Positions 41,105 through 51,692 are shown, counted from the first letter of the stretch. The stretch: DNA of 64,000 bases from an uncultured Thiotrichales bacterium (GCA_903870015.1 CAIQBE010000006.1:12468-76467); one strand, 5' to 3'. Translations and numbers: made by a program. The notes: a model not told the origin generated them from the letters alone.

Positions 41105-41131
41105 CCCCGCACCCAAAACCAAAGTGCGGGG
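41105..41131 (+). terminator. GC-rich hairpin, possible terminator
   Basis: CCCCGCAC-N11-GTGCGGGG after the 1046-aa ORF; weak U-tract. Confidence 0.45.
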
Positions 41132-41196
41132 CACAGTTTCAATAAAACCGACATTGTAGTAAACTAGCCACATCTGCAAAAAACCAACAAAAAACC

Positions 41197-43212
41197 ATGG
41201 CACTAAAGACGAATCATAGTTTTAAAGTCGATATTTTATTGATTTTCATTCCGCTATTCATTATCACTTTTTTGGGCATACGTTTTTATAGCCACTATGA
41301 ATACACCCAAGATGTGCTGAGCATCACGCACACATTCCCCTCGCTCACCAACGATAGCGCTATGAGCGATGTCAATGATTACCTAAAGCCTGCTGGCGTT
41401 ACCAAAATTACCGCAGAATTACTGCAAAACCAAAAACTTGATCTGAGCGCCCCTGATTTACAAAGTGATTTGCACACTATGCTCGACACCTATCCACAAT
41501 TGACGAGTATTTATATTACTGACAGCAATGGTAACTTCACAAAACAAGTGCGGATTAATGATCCCTCACAAGACTTAAGCTATATGCCGAATTTACCGAG
41601 CAATGCCACGTTTGCAGTTGAAACCATCAATGTCAAAAAATCTTCCACACTCTGGGCCTATTTTGACAACAACGGCCAACTCATCAACAACGACAAAAGC
41701 GAACCCCAAAGCGATGCAAGAAGCCTGCCCTCCTATCAAGGTGCCATTAGCAATCAAGGCTATTGGATGAATATGTTCGATGCCCAAAACAATAATGTCG
41801 GCATTAGTGTCAGTTACCCGATTATCAACAGCGATGGCAAGATCTTAGGCGTCGTTGGCGTGGACTTTAATGCCACAGCAATCAGCAACTATCTGTTGCA
41901 ATTACAACAAAGCCTGAACAGCACACTCTTTATCGTCAACGACCAAGGCATGATTATCAAAGCTAATCCTAACGACCCATCGAACAATTTAATCGATGGC
42001 GCTTTGACCGAAGAAACGCTAACGAGCAAATATCCCACGACCTTTAAAATCAATAATGTCAGCTATATTATCGATATGACTAGCTACCCTACAGACTACG
42101 GCACCCAATGGCGCTTTGGTACGATTATTCCGCTACAAGCCGTGCTGGGCAAGATCAACCAAACTGATCAAATAATTTTGTACTTTACAATTGCCATGCT
42201 CTGCATCACGATCTTATTTGCCCTACTGATTGCGGGGCGCTTATCCAGCCCCCTCAAACGCCTTGCCCGCGAAACTTTAAAATTTAAGCAACTGGAGTTT
42301 AATCAAATAAAATGGCCCAGATCGAGCATCTCTGAAGTAAACAATTTAACCCAGGCGCTCAAATCATCACAAAAAACCCTAATCACCGCCACGCGCTATT
42401 TGCCAAAAACTTTAGTGAAACAATTACTAAGAACAGAAAGCTTAGAAGCAGAACAACATACGCTAGCACTCTTATCAAGCAACATTAATAACTTTCATGC
42501 CCTGCTTGAAACCAACGATCCCGAAGCGCTCACCACCCAACTATCACAATATCTTGAACAGCTCACACAAAGTGCGCTCTTAACAAGCGGACTCGTAGAT
42601 CACTACGTTAACAATAGCTTCATCGCTTTTTGGGGCGCACCGATTAAAGATGAACAACAGGCACAACATGCTGCAATTAGCGCCTTGCACGCTCGCCAAA
42701 GCATTCAAAATTTAAATCATATTTGGCAAGAAAATGGCCAACCCACTTATCAAACTTATTTTGGCCTACACCTAGGCAAAGTGATTACAGGTCATATTGG
42801 ATCCTCAGATTGCATGAACTACACCATGATTGGTGAAAGCGTGAACTTTGTAAAATACTTACCACAAATCAATGCTACCTACGGGACCAAAATTATTGCC
42901 AGCCACTCGTTTTATAAAACGCTGCAAAATGAGTTTTTATTCCGCCCCGTTGATTTCATCAAAATACCAGGCCGCCAGAATGCCATCCCTGTGTATGAAT
43001 TAGTAGCCGCCCTAAACACAGGAGCCCCCGAAGAACTCCAAGCCAATCCTCAACAGATGAGACTCTGCGAGCTCACCCGCCAAGCCTTTTCTGCCTATGA
43101 TCAACAAGATTTTAAACTAGCCTTGCACCTCTACACCGAAATACATGAGCAATACCCCCATGACACCATTGCATCGATTTTTATGGAACGCTGTCAGAAT
43201 CAGGACCAATAA
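41197..43212 (+). CDS. Cache-HAMP-class III adenylate/guanylate cyclase-like membrane protein, degenerate active site
   Basis: TM-periplasmic Cache-like domain-TM-HAMP (SPLKRLA); AFWGAP, GLHLG.V..G.IGS...MNYT.IG.SVN; TPR-like tail. Confidence 0.88.
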   Translation: MALKTNHSFKVDILLIFIPLFIITFLGIRFYSHYEYTQDVLSITHTFPSLTNDSAMSDVNDYLKPAGVTKITAELLQNQKLDLSAPDLQSDLHTMLDTYPQLTSIYITDSNGNFTKQVRINDPSQDLSYMPNLPSNATFAVETINVKKSSTLWAYFDNNGQLINNDKSEPQSDARSLPSYQGAISNQGYWMNMFDAQNNNVGISVSYPIINSDGKILGVVGVDFNATAISNYLLQLQQSLNSTLFIVNDQGMIIKANPNDPSNNLIDGALTEETLTSKYPTTFKINNVSYIIDMTSYPTDYGTQWRFGTIIPLQAVLGKINQTDQIILYFTIAMLCITILFALLIAGRLSSPLKRLARETLKFKQLEFNQIKWPRSSISEVNNLTQALKSSQKTLITATRYLPKTLVKQLLRTESLEAEQHTLALLSSNINNFHALLETNDPEALTTQLSQYLEQLTQSALLTSGLVDHYVNNSFIAFWGAPIKDEQQAQHAAISALHARQSIQNLNHIWQENGQPTYQTYFGLHLGKVITGHIGSSDCMNYTMIGESVNFVKYLPQINATYGTKIIASHSFYKTLQNEFLFRPVDFIKIPGRQNAIPVYELVAALNTGAPEELQANPQQMRLCELTRQAFSAYDQQDFKLALHLYTEIHEQYPHDTIASIFMERCQNQDQ

Positions 43213-43321
43213 AATAAAGGAAAGCTAATTGGATCCTGGATCCAGTTTTTAATAGCATACAACGTAGCTGCATTCTATTCATAAATAATTAATGCCTAAC
43301 GCGCCGAGCTTGGCACGGCGA

Positions 43322-44536
43322 TCAAGACGACGATTTTTTTTGCCACCGAAACAATTTCAACCAAAAATCCCGATTCTCCAAAGCTCTCGCCAAATAACAG
43401 CTCAGCACATTAATCACTACAAACAACACCAAAAATAAAATCGTAAAATCAACCCAATTAAAAGTCAAAATACGCGTCCCTAACAATGAAAATGCCAGCA
43501 ACATCAAAGGAAAGTGAACCAGATACAACGTATAAGTATAAAAACTCCCACGTGCGAGTGTACGCAAAATCCGCGGCGGTGTTTTTTTAAATTTAAAATT
43601 CACCAAAAACAGCATCAAAAAGCCCGCCACCACACCGCCACAAAGCTCTACACCCACATCACCCAAATGCCATGCAAACGGATAAATGCCAATGAAAACC
43701 AATCCTGAAATGATCAGGCTGAGACGAGGGCTTAACACCCGCTTATGCGTCAAATATACATAAGCAATCCCCACCCCCCAAAGCCATACCAAACCCAAAG
43801 CCCATACTTTCAGATACATAACAATATACTGATGATTCAAACACATAAAGAGCAAAGGCAGTAATAACACATAACCGGACAAACACATCAACTGCTTGCG
43901 GCTTTTATTCACGTAAACCACAAAAACCATGGCAAACAAAGCATAATAATAAAACTCGTAAGACAATGACCATAAGGCCATATCCATATTAAGCTCAGTA
44001 TCACCAGGCACCAACAACAAAACTTTAAGCACTTCCAATACAGTCAAAGAAGCCTTGGGCGTCAACACATACAAATCATCCGTCAAAAAATAACTTTCAC
44101 TGCCAAAAAGATGTAAACCTCGAATAACCACACAAACAATAAGCGTCAACACCACAGCAAAATACAACGGCGGTACAATTCTTAAAATTCTTTTTTTAAG
44201 ATAAGCCCAAACATCAAAACGCTGCGTGGCATGAACTTCCGAAAAAACCTGACTGCCAATTAAAAACCCACTCATGACAAAAAACACCATGACCGCAATG
44301 GCATGGGAAAAGAAATAACCCGCACTCACAACAACATTAGGATGATAAAAAGTCCGATCTAAACCATAAATACGTACAATAAAAATAAATAAAAAATGCC
44401 CAACAAAAACACTTACACAAGCCAAATAGCGAACCACATCCAACAACAAATAAGCATGAGGGTCCATTTTACGATGCGACAGTAGACTCAAGAGATAAAC
44501 CAATTTTTTGGATATCGCCATTGTACTCCAAAACAT
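43322..44536 (-). CDS. acyltransferase family 3 (OafA-like) membrane protein
   Basis: LD.VR..A...VF.GH, AV.VFFVMSGFLI, KR..RI.PP, WSL.YE..YY, YTLYLVHFP. Confidence 0.9.
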   Translation of the reverse strand: MFWSTMAISKKLVYLLSLLSHRKMDPHAYLLLDVVRYLACVSVFVGHFLFIFIVRIYGLDRTFYHPNVVVSAGYFFSHAIAVMVFFVMSGFLIGSQVFSEVHATQRFDVWAYLKKRILRIVPPLYFAVVLTLIVCVVIRGLHLFGSESYFLTDDLYVLTPKASLTVLEVLKVLLLVPGDTELNMDMALWSLSYEFYYYALFAMVFVVYVNKSRKQLMCLSGYVLLLPLLFMCLNHQYIVMYLKVWALGLVWLWGVGIAYVYLTHKRVLSPRLSLIISGLVFIGIYPFAWHLGDVGVELCGGVVAGFLMLFLVNFKFKKTPPRILRTLARGSFYTYTLYLVHFPLMLLAFSLLGTRILTFNWVDFTILFLVLFVVINVLSCYLARALENRDFWLKLFRWQKKSSS

Positions 44537-44579
44537 GAGGCATGATATAATGCCAATTATTTAACGAAAGGACCCTCCC

Positions 44580-45593
44580 ATGAGCACGAACAAAAAACGC
44601 ATCAAAGTCACCATCACAGGCGCCGCCGGCCAGATTGGCTACGCCCTCATTTTCAGAATTGCGTCCGGCCAAGTGTTTGGGCCCAATACTGAAGTTGAAT
44701 TACAACTTTTAGAAATAGAACCCGCACTACCATCTCTTATGGGCGTAGGGATGGAGCTTGATGATTGCGCCTTTCCTTTACTCAAAAAAATCGTATGCAC
44801 CGCTGACCCCAAAGTCGCTTTTGCTGGCACTAACTGGTGTTTCCTCGTAGGCTCAGTGCCCAGAAAACTCGGCATGGAACGTGCCGATCTTTTAAAAATA
44901 AATGGTAATATTTTTGTAGGCCAAGGCCAAGCCATTAACGATAATGCCGCCGATGACGTGCAAGTATTTGTGGTCGGCAATCCTTGCAACACAAACTGCT
45001 TAATCGCACAGCACAATGCACCTGATGTCCCCGCAGAACGTTTTTTTGCTATGACCGCCCTCGATGAAAATCGTGCCAAAGCACAACTAGCTCAAAAAGC
45101 CAATGTCTCAGTCACTGATATTACCAATATGACCATCTGGGGCAATCACTCACAGAATCAATTCCCTGACTTTTTCAATGCCAAAATTAAAGGCACACCC
45201 GTCGTTGACGTCATCAAGGATCTTAACTGGCTCAAAAACGAATTCGTCCCCGCAGTACAACAACGCGGCACAACCGTGATTAAAGCCCGCGGTTCATCTT
45301 CAGCCGCATCAGCCGCCAATGCCGCTATTGATGGCGTGGTACGCTTAATTACGACAACCAATGCCAATGATAGCTTTTCAGCAGGCTGTGTCTCTCATGG
45401 TGAATACGGCGTTGACGAAGGCCTAATCTTCTCATACCCATTGCATGTCGACAGCAACCACCATATCAGCGTCGTCCCACACTTTGACCTAAGCGACAGC
45501 TTCAGCCAAGAAAAATTCAAAACCGTACTCGAGGAATTAAGACAAGAGCGCGATATTGTAAAATCGCTTGGATTAATTAAACAAGAGACCTAA
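44580..45593 (+). CDS. mdh: malate dehydrogenase (MDH type 2)
   Basis: [46 protein letters not shown]. Confidence 0.97.
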   Translation: MSTNKKRIKVTITGAAGQIGYALIFRIASGQVFGPNTEVELQLLEIEPALPSLMGVGMELDDCAFPLLKKIVCTADPKVAFAGTNWCFLVGSVPRKLGMERADLLKINGNIFVGQGQAINDNAADDVQVFVVGNPCNTNCLIAQHNAPDVPAERFFAMTALDENRAKAQLAQKANVSVTDITNMTIWGNHSQNQFPDFFNAKIKGTPVVDVIKDLNWLKNEFVPAVQQRGTTVIKARGSSSAASAANAAIDGVVRLITTTNANDSFSAGCVSHGEYGVDEGLIFSYPLHVDSNHHISVVPHFDLSDSFSQEKFKTVLEELRQERDIVKSLGLIKQET

Positions 45594-45646
45594 AGCGCTA
45601 GCCGCCCTGAACTGCCTTGCGCGGCACGCGAAGATCTCAAAAAAAC

Positions 45647-45680
45647 CGTTGTCCTGTGAGCGTCGTGCGCAGGACGACGA
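45647..45680. repeat. REP/RPE-like palindrome between convergent genes
   Basis: CGTTGTCCTGTG...CGCAGGACGACG hairpin; related to 54956-54987. Confidence 0.5.
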
Positions 45681-45683
45681 CTG

Positions 45684-46352
45684 CTATTGCAAGCTATTAT
45701 GCGCCGATGAATACTGCAACGCTTGTTGCACCCATTGTTGAGCGAGGAGCGCAAATTCATCTGCTGTATTGACACGATTACGGAACTGCTCGCCATGAAT
45801 TGTGGTGACTGTTTCGCGCAATAATTGCCCCGTCATACTATCCACAAATTTTAACTCAACCACCAAGACCGGTGTCTTCTCATTTAAATCTGTAGCGGTT
45901 GAAGCTAATTTAATTGCTGCAGAAATCGGGATCAAATTTCTAGCATGTAACCCATCACCCTCAAGCGCAGCACCAGTGATCGCAACATTCAACTGCGCCA
46001 CACCCGGCCCACGATTATTCGCCACTGTGATCGATTGACCTACAATTTTACGCAAACCATTTTGAATATTATCGCGCGCCGCATCAATTTGCGGCTGAGT
46101 CACGCCATTAGTCGTAGCAGTTTGATATAAAACGACTGGCGCAATAAACACGGCATTATAATCGCTACGCTTTGCTGCTGGATTTTGATAGGTATAAACT
46201 TGAATACCTGCGGGACTAGGCACAGGTTTTAACAAACTATAATCCGGCAAAAATCCAGACGCTTTAGGCAAACTACTTTGCGAAGCACAGCCCGCAAGCC
46301 CTAAAGCTAACCCCACCGCCAATACTCCCGCTACAATCCTATTCTTTTTCAT
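45684..46352 (-). CDS. DUF3313 family lipoprotein
   Basis: Lipobox LAGC, SGFLPDYSLLKP, AITG, E.K..DS.TG.LL. Confidence 0.85.
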   Translation of the reverse strand: MKKNRIVAGVLAVGLALGLAGCASQSSLPKASGFLPDYSLLKPVPSPAGIQVYTYQNPAAKRSDYNAVFIAPVVLYQTATTNGVTQPQIDAARDNIQNGLRKIVGQSITVANNRGPGVAQLNVAITGAALEGDGLHARNLIPISAAIKLASTATDLNEKTPVLVVELKFVDSMTGQLLRETVTTIHGEQFRNRVNTADEFALLAQQWVQQALQYSSAHNSLQ

Positions 46353-46463
46353 GAGCCGCACCCTCGTTAATTATGATAAGCTTATTCACCATTATACCTA
46401 AATTTCTACATTCACCTAATACCGTGTAGAATAAGCAGCTACATCGCAAAAATAGTAAAACTC

Positions 46464-47117
46464 ATGAAACCAGAACTCTGCACCCAATGCCAAAAAGCCC
46501 CCGAACTTTGTATCTGCAGCGACATAACGCCCAAAGACTCAAAACTCCATGTCTTAATCCTACAACATCCTCAAGAGCCTGATCATGAGATTGGCAGCGC
46601 ACGCTTAACGCATTTAGCCCTCCCCAATTCAACTCTAAAAATCGGACTATCCTGGCGTAACCTCGCCGCAGTATTAGGAAGAAAAGAAGCCGACCCCACC
46701 CGCTGGGCAGTTTTATATTTAGGCTCTGGCGTTAAAGGTGAAGATATTGAAAAAATTCCACTACAATTCGTCTCCAAAAAAGGCACACCGATTGATGAAC
46801 CAGATAACCTTGAAGGCATCATCATATTAGATGGCACCTGGAGCCAAGCCAAAGCCCTTTGGTGGCGCAACGCCTGGTTATTAAAATCACGCCGCATTAT
46901 CCTAACACCACAACAAAAATCGCTCTACAAAGAATTGCGCAAAGAACCACGGCGCGAATGCTTATCCACGATCGAGTCAGTGGCAGAGGTGTTAGAATTG
47001 TTAGGCGAAAAACCCGAAGTAAGTCAACACTTAAGAGAATTATTTGGCAAGTTACTCGATAAACGCCGCGAACTTTTAAAACAAGCCAAAACCCAACATG
47101 TTGCCAAAACGATCTAA
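46464..47117 (+). CDS. tapT: DTW-domain tRNA-uridine aminocarboxypropyltransferase
   Basis: C..C.K...LCIC, ILQHPQE, LDGTWSQAK, LSTIES. Confidence 0.85.
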   Translation: MKPELCTQCQKAPELCICSDITPKDSKLHVLILQHPQEPDHEIGSARLTHLALPNSTLKIGLSWRNLAAVLGRKEADPTRWAVLYLGSGVKGEDIEKIPLQFVSKKGTPIDEPDNLEGIIILDGTWSQAKALWWRNAWLLKSRRIILTPQQKSLYKELRKEPRRECLSTIESVAEVLELLGEKPEVSQHLRELFGKLLDKRRELLKQAKTQHVAKTI

Positions 47118-48366
47118 AACCGACATTAAAACCCTAGTCATTGCATCACTAGGCAGCAGTTTAGAGTTTTATGATTTTGTCATTTATGTGTTTTTTGCAC
47201 AAATGATCGCAACGATTTTTTTCAATACCACCTCGACAATAAGCGGCTTGCTCATCTCATTTTCAGTCTTTGCCAGCGGCTATGTCGCGCGCTTTGTCGG
47301 CGGAATTATTTTCAGCCACTTTGGTGATAAACGCGGCCGCAAAAACGCTTTTGCCACAACCATTTTACTCATGGCCGCACCCACCTTCATGATCGGCCTC
47401 TTACCAACTTATTCACAAGCCGGCTTATTGGCATCATTATTATTAATCAGCTGCCGCATCATCCAGGGCCTCGCCATCGGTGGTGAAATCCCTGGCGCCA
47501 TTACCTTTGTTTACGAACACGTGCTGAAATCAAAACGAGGCTTAGCCTGTGGTATTTTATTTTGTGGCACCACCATCGGGACATTTTTAGGATCAAGCGT
47601 TGCCGCGCTTTGTTTCGCCTTTATGTCGAGCAGCACTTTACACAGCTGGGGCTGGAGAATCCCTTTTTTAATCGGCGGCGTATTAGGATGGATTAGCGCC
47701 TATATACGACGCTACTTAAAAGAAACGCCACTGTTCCTTAATTTGAGAAAAGAACATATCAAATACCCCGCACTCAACATCATCAAAGCACATAAATATA
47801 AATGGCTCCAATCCGCAAGCGCCATCTGGGCCATCGCCGTTGCCATCAGCATTTACTTGTTGTTTTTACCCACTTACTTACATGTCTATGATCAATTTGA
47901 CTCAAAGAAAATTTTAATGATGAACTCATTGGCGGTGTTAATGAATGCCTTTTTAATCATGGGCGCTGGCAAACTCTCAGATATAATAGGCGCGCGCAAG
48001 ATGCTCAATATCAGCCTAATCATCCTCATCATAGGCTCATACCCCATCTTTGCGAATTTCGCACCAGGGAATTATACCGCAATCTACCTCTGCTACCTGT
48101 TTATCGGCATCGCCAATGCAGCAGGCGCCGCCAGCGGCATTGTATTACTCGCTGCCTCCTTCCCCACTAAGATTCGTTATTCAGGCGTAGCCTTGGGCTA
48201 TAACTTAGCATTAGGTGTATTGGGCGGCTTCACCCCATTGATCGTCACTGCACTCATCCAGTACACCGGACAAAAAACCGCACCGGCTTTTTATATGATG
48301 CTTGTCGCAAGCATCGCGCTAATATTGAGCCTATTGCATAAAAAAGGCAGCGATGCTCTGCATTAA
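47098..48366 (+). CDS. MFS metabolite:H+ symporter (ProP-like)
   Basis: LEFYDFVIY, HFGDKRGRK, IGLLPTY, QGLAIGGE.PGA, WGWRIPF. Confidence 0.92.
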   Translation: MLPKRSKTDIKTLVIASLGSSLEFYDFVIYVFFAQMIATIFFNTTSTISGLLISFSVFASGYVARFVGGIIFSHFGDKRGRKNAFATTILLMAAPTFMIGLLPTYSQAGLLASLLLISCRIIQGLAIGGEIPGAITFVYEHVLKSKRGLACGILFCGTTIGTFLGSSVAALCFAFMSSSTLHSWGWRIPFLIGGVLGWISAYIRRYLKETPLFLNLRKEHIKYPALNIIKAHKYKWLQSASAIWAIAVAISIYLLFLPTYLHVYDQFDSKKILMMNSLAVLMNAFLIMGAGKLSDIIGARKMLNISLIILIIGSYPIFANFAPGNYTAIYLCYLFIGIANAAGAASGIVLLAASFPTKIRYSGVALGYNLALGVLGGFTPLIVTALIQYTGQKTAPAFYMMLVASIALILSLLHKKGSDALH

Positions 48367-49013
48367 ATGAGCCCCCATCCTTGAAGATTCTTGAGCAAAG
48401 CAGTCGAGTTAGGCATAAGAGCACTGAACAGAGTCAAGGCCAAACAAGGAGCAGATGAAGCCTCACTCATTGCAGCAGGCGCCACTGAAACAACTACAGA
48501 GGGCTGTGATGGCAATGCTAGCAAAAGAGAATCGCAAGAAATATAACTATGAAAAAGCCCATGCTTCTTGGAGTAGGATGATTCAATAAGCTGGCTCGAC
48601 ACACACCCACCCTGATAGTGAACCCTAAGAAATTCAGTTAATTTCTGTATGAGACCCGAAGCATCTCGGTCATCATATTGATGACAACGCCCCAAGCACG
48701 CAACCCACTCAATAAAGTCCTCTGTCAATAAATCCTGGGGATAAGGACTAGCCAAGATCCTTAAGCGCAAAGCATGCATACAATCACGAGAATCCTTTTC
48801 TGATAAGAAATGTTTAGCGTAGCCGCGTATGTATAATAGAATATGTTGATCAGACAAAGCTACAGAAGGCTTTAGAGGGAATTGATTCTGCAAACAACTT
48901 TCAAAATATATAAGACTCCTTGGACGCTCGCCTTTAGGAAGCTCAATGCTGACTAACTGGGCAATAAGAGCCTTTTGCATAGGTGAAAGTGCCACAGATG
49001 CTGATAATGCCAT
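48363..49013 (-). CDS. hypothetical protein, paralogue of 50565-51689
   Basis: Shares SRDCM..LRLRILA.P....LLT..FI.WV..LG..H......AS..I..L..FL with the 374-aa ORF. Confidence 0.72.
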   Translation of the reverse strand: MALSASVALSPMQKALIAQLVSIELPKGERPRSLIYFESCLQNQFPLKPSVALSDQHILLYIRGYAKHFLSEKDSRDCMHALRLRILASPYPQDLLTEDFIEWVACLGRCHQYDDRDASGLIQKLTEFLRVHYQGGCVSSQLIESSYSKKHGLFHSYISCDSLLLALPSQPSVVVSVAPAAMSEASSAPCLALTLFSALMPNSTALLKNLQGWGLI

Positions 49014-49199
49014 AAATACAGACCACTGATAATTTATGGTAAAATTATACATCAATAAATTATAAATTCAAAGTTAAATACATATAAAATATTTAATTAA
49101 AAATAAAAAAATGGAATGATACTCAGCATGAATAAAGCTATTTTTTAAGATAGAATGATCTAATACAGCTAAGAATATTTACCATTAAGGAATTTACTT

Positions 49200-50540
49200 A
49201 TGTTTGGCTCACAAGAAACTCACGCTCAAACGACTAAAAAAGCGTTAGCAAAAATATTTCCAACGCTTGCAACAAGCATCACAGATGAAGAAACTTTAGA
49301 AGCTATTACCATGGCTGATGTCAGAGGCGCTGCACCGACAAGATTTCCCAAAGACATGAATGAACTGCAAAAATTAGGCGATGCCGCCCTAGATTACCAT
49401 ATGCTACGAATACTCAGAAAAAAAGGATTTAACGGTAGTTTTGAAGCAGAAAAAGCCCGCCTGCTTGGCAACGAGGCAACACAACCACTCAATCAATTAT
49501 TTGATCGCTTTGGACTAAAAGACCTGATTTTAAGCCTAAGCCCAACGGATTCTTTATCACCACATCAAAAAGCTGACGCTGTTGAAGCTATATTTGGATT
49601 GCTGGAGATTCACAATCTACTGAGCGATGCCATCATCGAAGGTGTGTTTAAAGATTTTTTACCCACAGTAGAAAAACTAGCGGCCCCAGCCCCACGAAGA
49701 GATCTCACAACCGCAGAAGTCTGCTCACTGCCCTCAAGCGTTTTACCCGTACTCATCAAAACCGAGCCACAGAGAGTAGAACGATTAGCCGATGAAGTAT
49801 TAGCTGCAATTGTAAAAGACTTTGCAAGCAAACCCTCAATCGAGAAAGAAATGCTCGCTCGAGCCAATATCATTGTAAAAGAATATAAAAAGCATCAACG
49901 CTTTTTTGAGCTCTGCCTAAACGACGACACCCTAAGCCCCGAAAAATTTAAACAACTATATCCCAAACAAGCAGCCTCATATGTGTACCCAGACCCAAGG
50001 CGCCCAATACATGCACGAAAAGTAGCACCCTTTCTAGATGTACTGGCCAAACAAAGATTAGCTGGGGAATTAATCCGCGAGCTGGCAACACAACCACCCG
50101 CTAACGCCCCTCAATTTGCCACAGCACTACTTGAGGTGACCAACCAATTAAGACCCTGCGAATTTTTAATTGAAGACTTTAATAATTTACCCGAAGGTAA
50201 ACAAGCATTGCTACCCGGACTACACCCACTTAAACACTTCAAAAGACCTGAGCGTAGCAGCATGATGGTCGATGTGAAAATATTAAGCTTAGAACTAACC
50301 GAATTTAAAGCCTGCGTGGCAATGCTAGATCCCTCTGGAATACGCGCCCAACAAATTAAAACTGAGATTGAACACCGAATGAAAGGCACTGACATAAAAG
50401 CAAAAACACTGGCTCACTATCAAGAATATCTTGACTGCCTAAGACCACCAGCACCCGCTGCTGCATCAACAACCCCCATGGAGGCACATCACAGAGCCAC
50501 TGGAGCAGCTAGCAGCACCAGTACAATGACACTGCGTTAA
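49200..50540 (+). CDS. RNase III-domain protein with a long unrecognised C-terminal region, candidate effector
   Basis: EAITM, NELQKLGDAAL, KARLLGNE, FGLKDLI, ADAVEAIFG in RNase III order and spacing; AAGGA RBS. Confidence 0.75.
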   Translation: MFGSQETHAQTTKKALAKIFPTLATSITDEETLEAITMADVRGAAPTRFPKDMNELQKLGDAALDYHMLRILRKKGFNGSFEAEKARLLGNEATQPLNQLFDRFGLKDLILSLSPTDSLSPHQKADAVEAIFGLLEIHNLLSDAIIEGVFKDFLPTVEKLAAPAPRRDLTTAEVCSLPSSVLPVLIKTEPQRVERLADEVLAAIVKDFASKPSIEKEMLARANIIVKEYKKHQRFFELCLNDDTLSPEKFKQLYPKQAASYVYPDPRRPIHARKVAPFLDVLAKQRLAGELIRELATQPPANAPQFATALLEVTNQLRPCEFLIEDFNNLPEGKQALLPGLHPLKHFKRPERSSMMVDVKILSLELTEFKACVAMLDPSGIRAQQIKTEIEHRMKGTDIKAKTLAHYQEYLDCLRPPAPAAASTTPMEAHHRATGAASSTSTMTLR

Positions 50541-50564
50541 GCCTCTGCCAATCGTGGCCTTGGG

Positions 50565-51689
50565 CTATAGCTTCGGCGCCGAATCAGCAACCCCCGCACC
50601 CACGGCCGCACCAACCTCCATGAAAGCAAGAGAAGCAACCGACGCAGCAGGCACTACAGGAGGTGGTGGCAACTGGATATTTGGGGTAACGCTTCCTGCG
50701 AACGAGTGCAGCTCCTGAATAATATACACGCAATTTCTGGCTGCCGCAGCCTTCTGAATAGTCTTAAAAAGCCGTGCCGCGTCAACAAAATATAAACCTT
50801 CAGAATGACCGGGATTTGCAAGATTTTGAGCAAAAGGATAAGAATAAGTATCAACCCCCAAAAGATCTAGAACACAATTTAGGGTTTTTGCTACCCACGT
50901 ATTGCGAGGACAGGTCAATAGATGTAAAATCCTGCTATGACCAGAAGGCACAACGTGATAATAAGATAATTTATGCAACTCAGCCAAAAAGTTGTAATGT
51001 TCATATTTAAATGATTGCAATGCAACGCCCCGCTCCTTTAAGTAATCGACACAGCTAACCCCCTTCTTCAAACCAGCTTTATAATCTTCGGACAAAGCTA
51101 ACGCCATAAAAAATGGCTCTTTACGTATCTCAGGATTAAATTCTAAATAACTCGTTAAAAGATCAAATTGACGAGCTTTGAGAAACTCCTCATGCAAAGG
51201 CTTACCATTATAAGTACAAAGAAATCGAGCTAATTCTGATATGCGAGCAGAAGCACTGGGATTACTTTGATTATGTCCAAGTCCAAGTTTAATAACCCAG
51301 GGAATAAATGAGGGTGTCAATAAAGCGTCAGAATGAGGATTAGCTAAAATTCTTAAACGCAAAGTTTGCATACAATCACGAGACCATATGATGCGACGTA
51401 AGCGATCAGCGGCCATACCTTGTACATCTCGTAAATTACCCTCTGGTGCCATAGAAGCTACAGACACCCCTACAGAAACAGGATCAGGAGATTCAGACGA
51501 AGATGATGCACTAGATGCAGATAGACCTAAACGACTCCGAAAACTTGCAAGACTCGCAGGAATAGCGTCTAGAGGAAGCCGATGATCAAGTAAGCTCTTA
51601 ACAAGATCTATTTGATCAGGCGTGTAAGTAGTCGCAGGCGTTGATAATGGTGCTGATGCATGATGCATGATGCATGATGCATGATGCAT
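50565..51689 (-). CDS. hypothetical protein, paralogue of 48363-49013, starting in a heptamer repeat
   Basis: 374-aa ORF, AGGGG RBS 8 nt before ATG 51689, Ser-rich linker, Ala/Gly-rich tail. Confidence 0.75.
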   Translation of the reverse strand: MHHASCIMHHASAPLSTPATTYTPDQIDLVKSLLDHRLPLDAIPASLASFRSRLGLSASSASSSSESPDPVSVGVSVASMAPEGNLRDVQGMAADRLRRIIWSRDCMQTLRLRILANPHSDALLTPSFIPWVIKLGLGHNQSNPSASARISELARFLCTYNGKPLHEEFLKARQFDLLTSYLEFNPEIRKEPFFMALALSEDYKAGLKKGVSCVDYLKERGVALQSFKYEHYNFLAELHKLSYYHVVPSGHSRILHLLTCPRNTWVAKTLNCVLDLLGVDTYSYPFAQNLANPGHSEGLYFVDAARLFKTIQKAAAARNCVYIIQELHSFAGSVTPNIQLPPPPVVPAASVASLAFMEVGAAVGAGVADSAPKL

Positions 51690-51692
51690 GAT
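51654..51692. repeat. tandem heptamer (TGATGCA)5 + TGAT
   Basis: Read directly from the sequence; covers the first codons of the minus-strand ORF. Confidence 0.95.

Noticed and set aside
49200-50540. Calling this gene rnc
   Set aside because: Twice the usual length, no dsRBD, altered signature and no lepB/era/recO context.
51654-51692. Heptamer array as a CRISPR or iteron array
   Set aside because: No spacers, unit too short, and no cas or rep genes; it is a simple sequence repeat.
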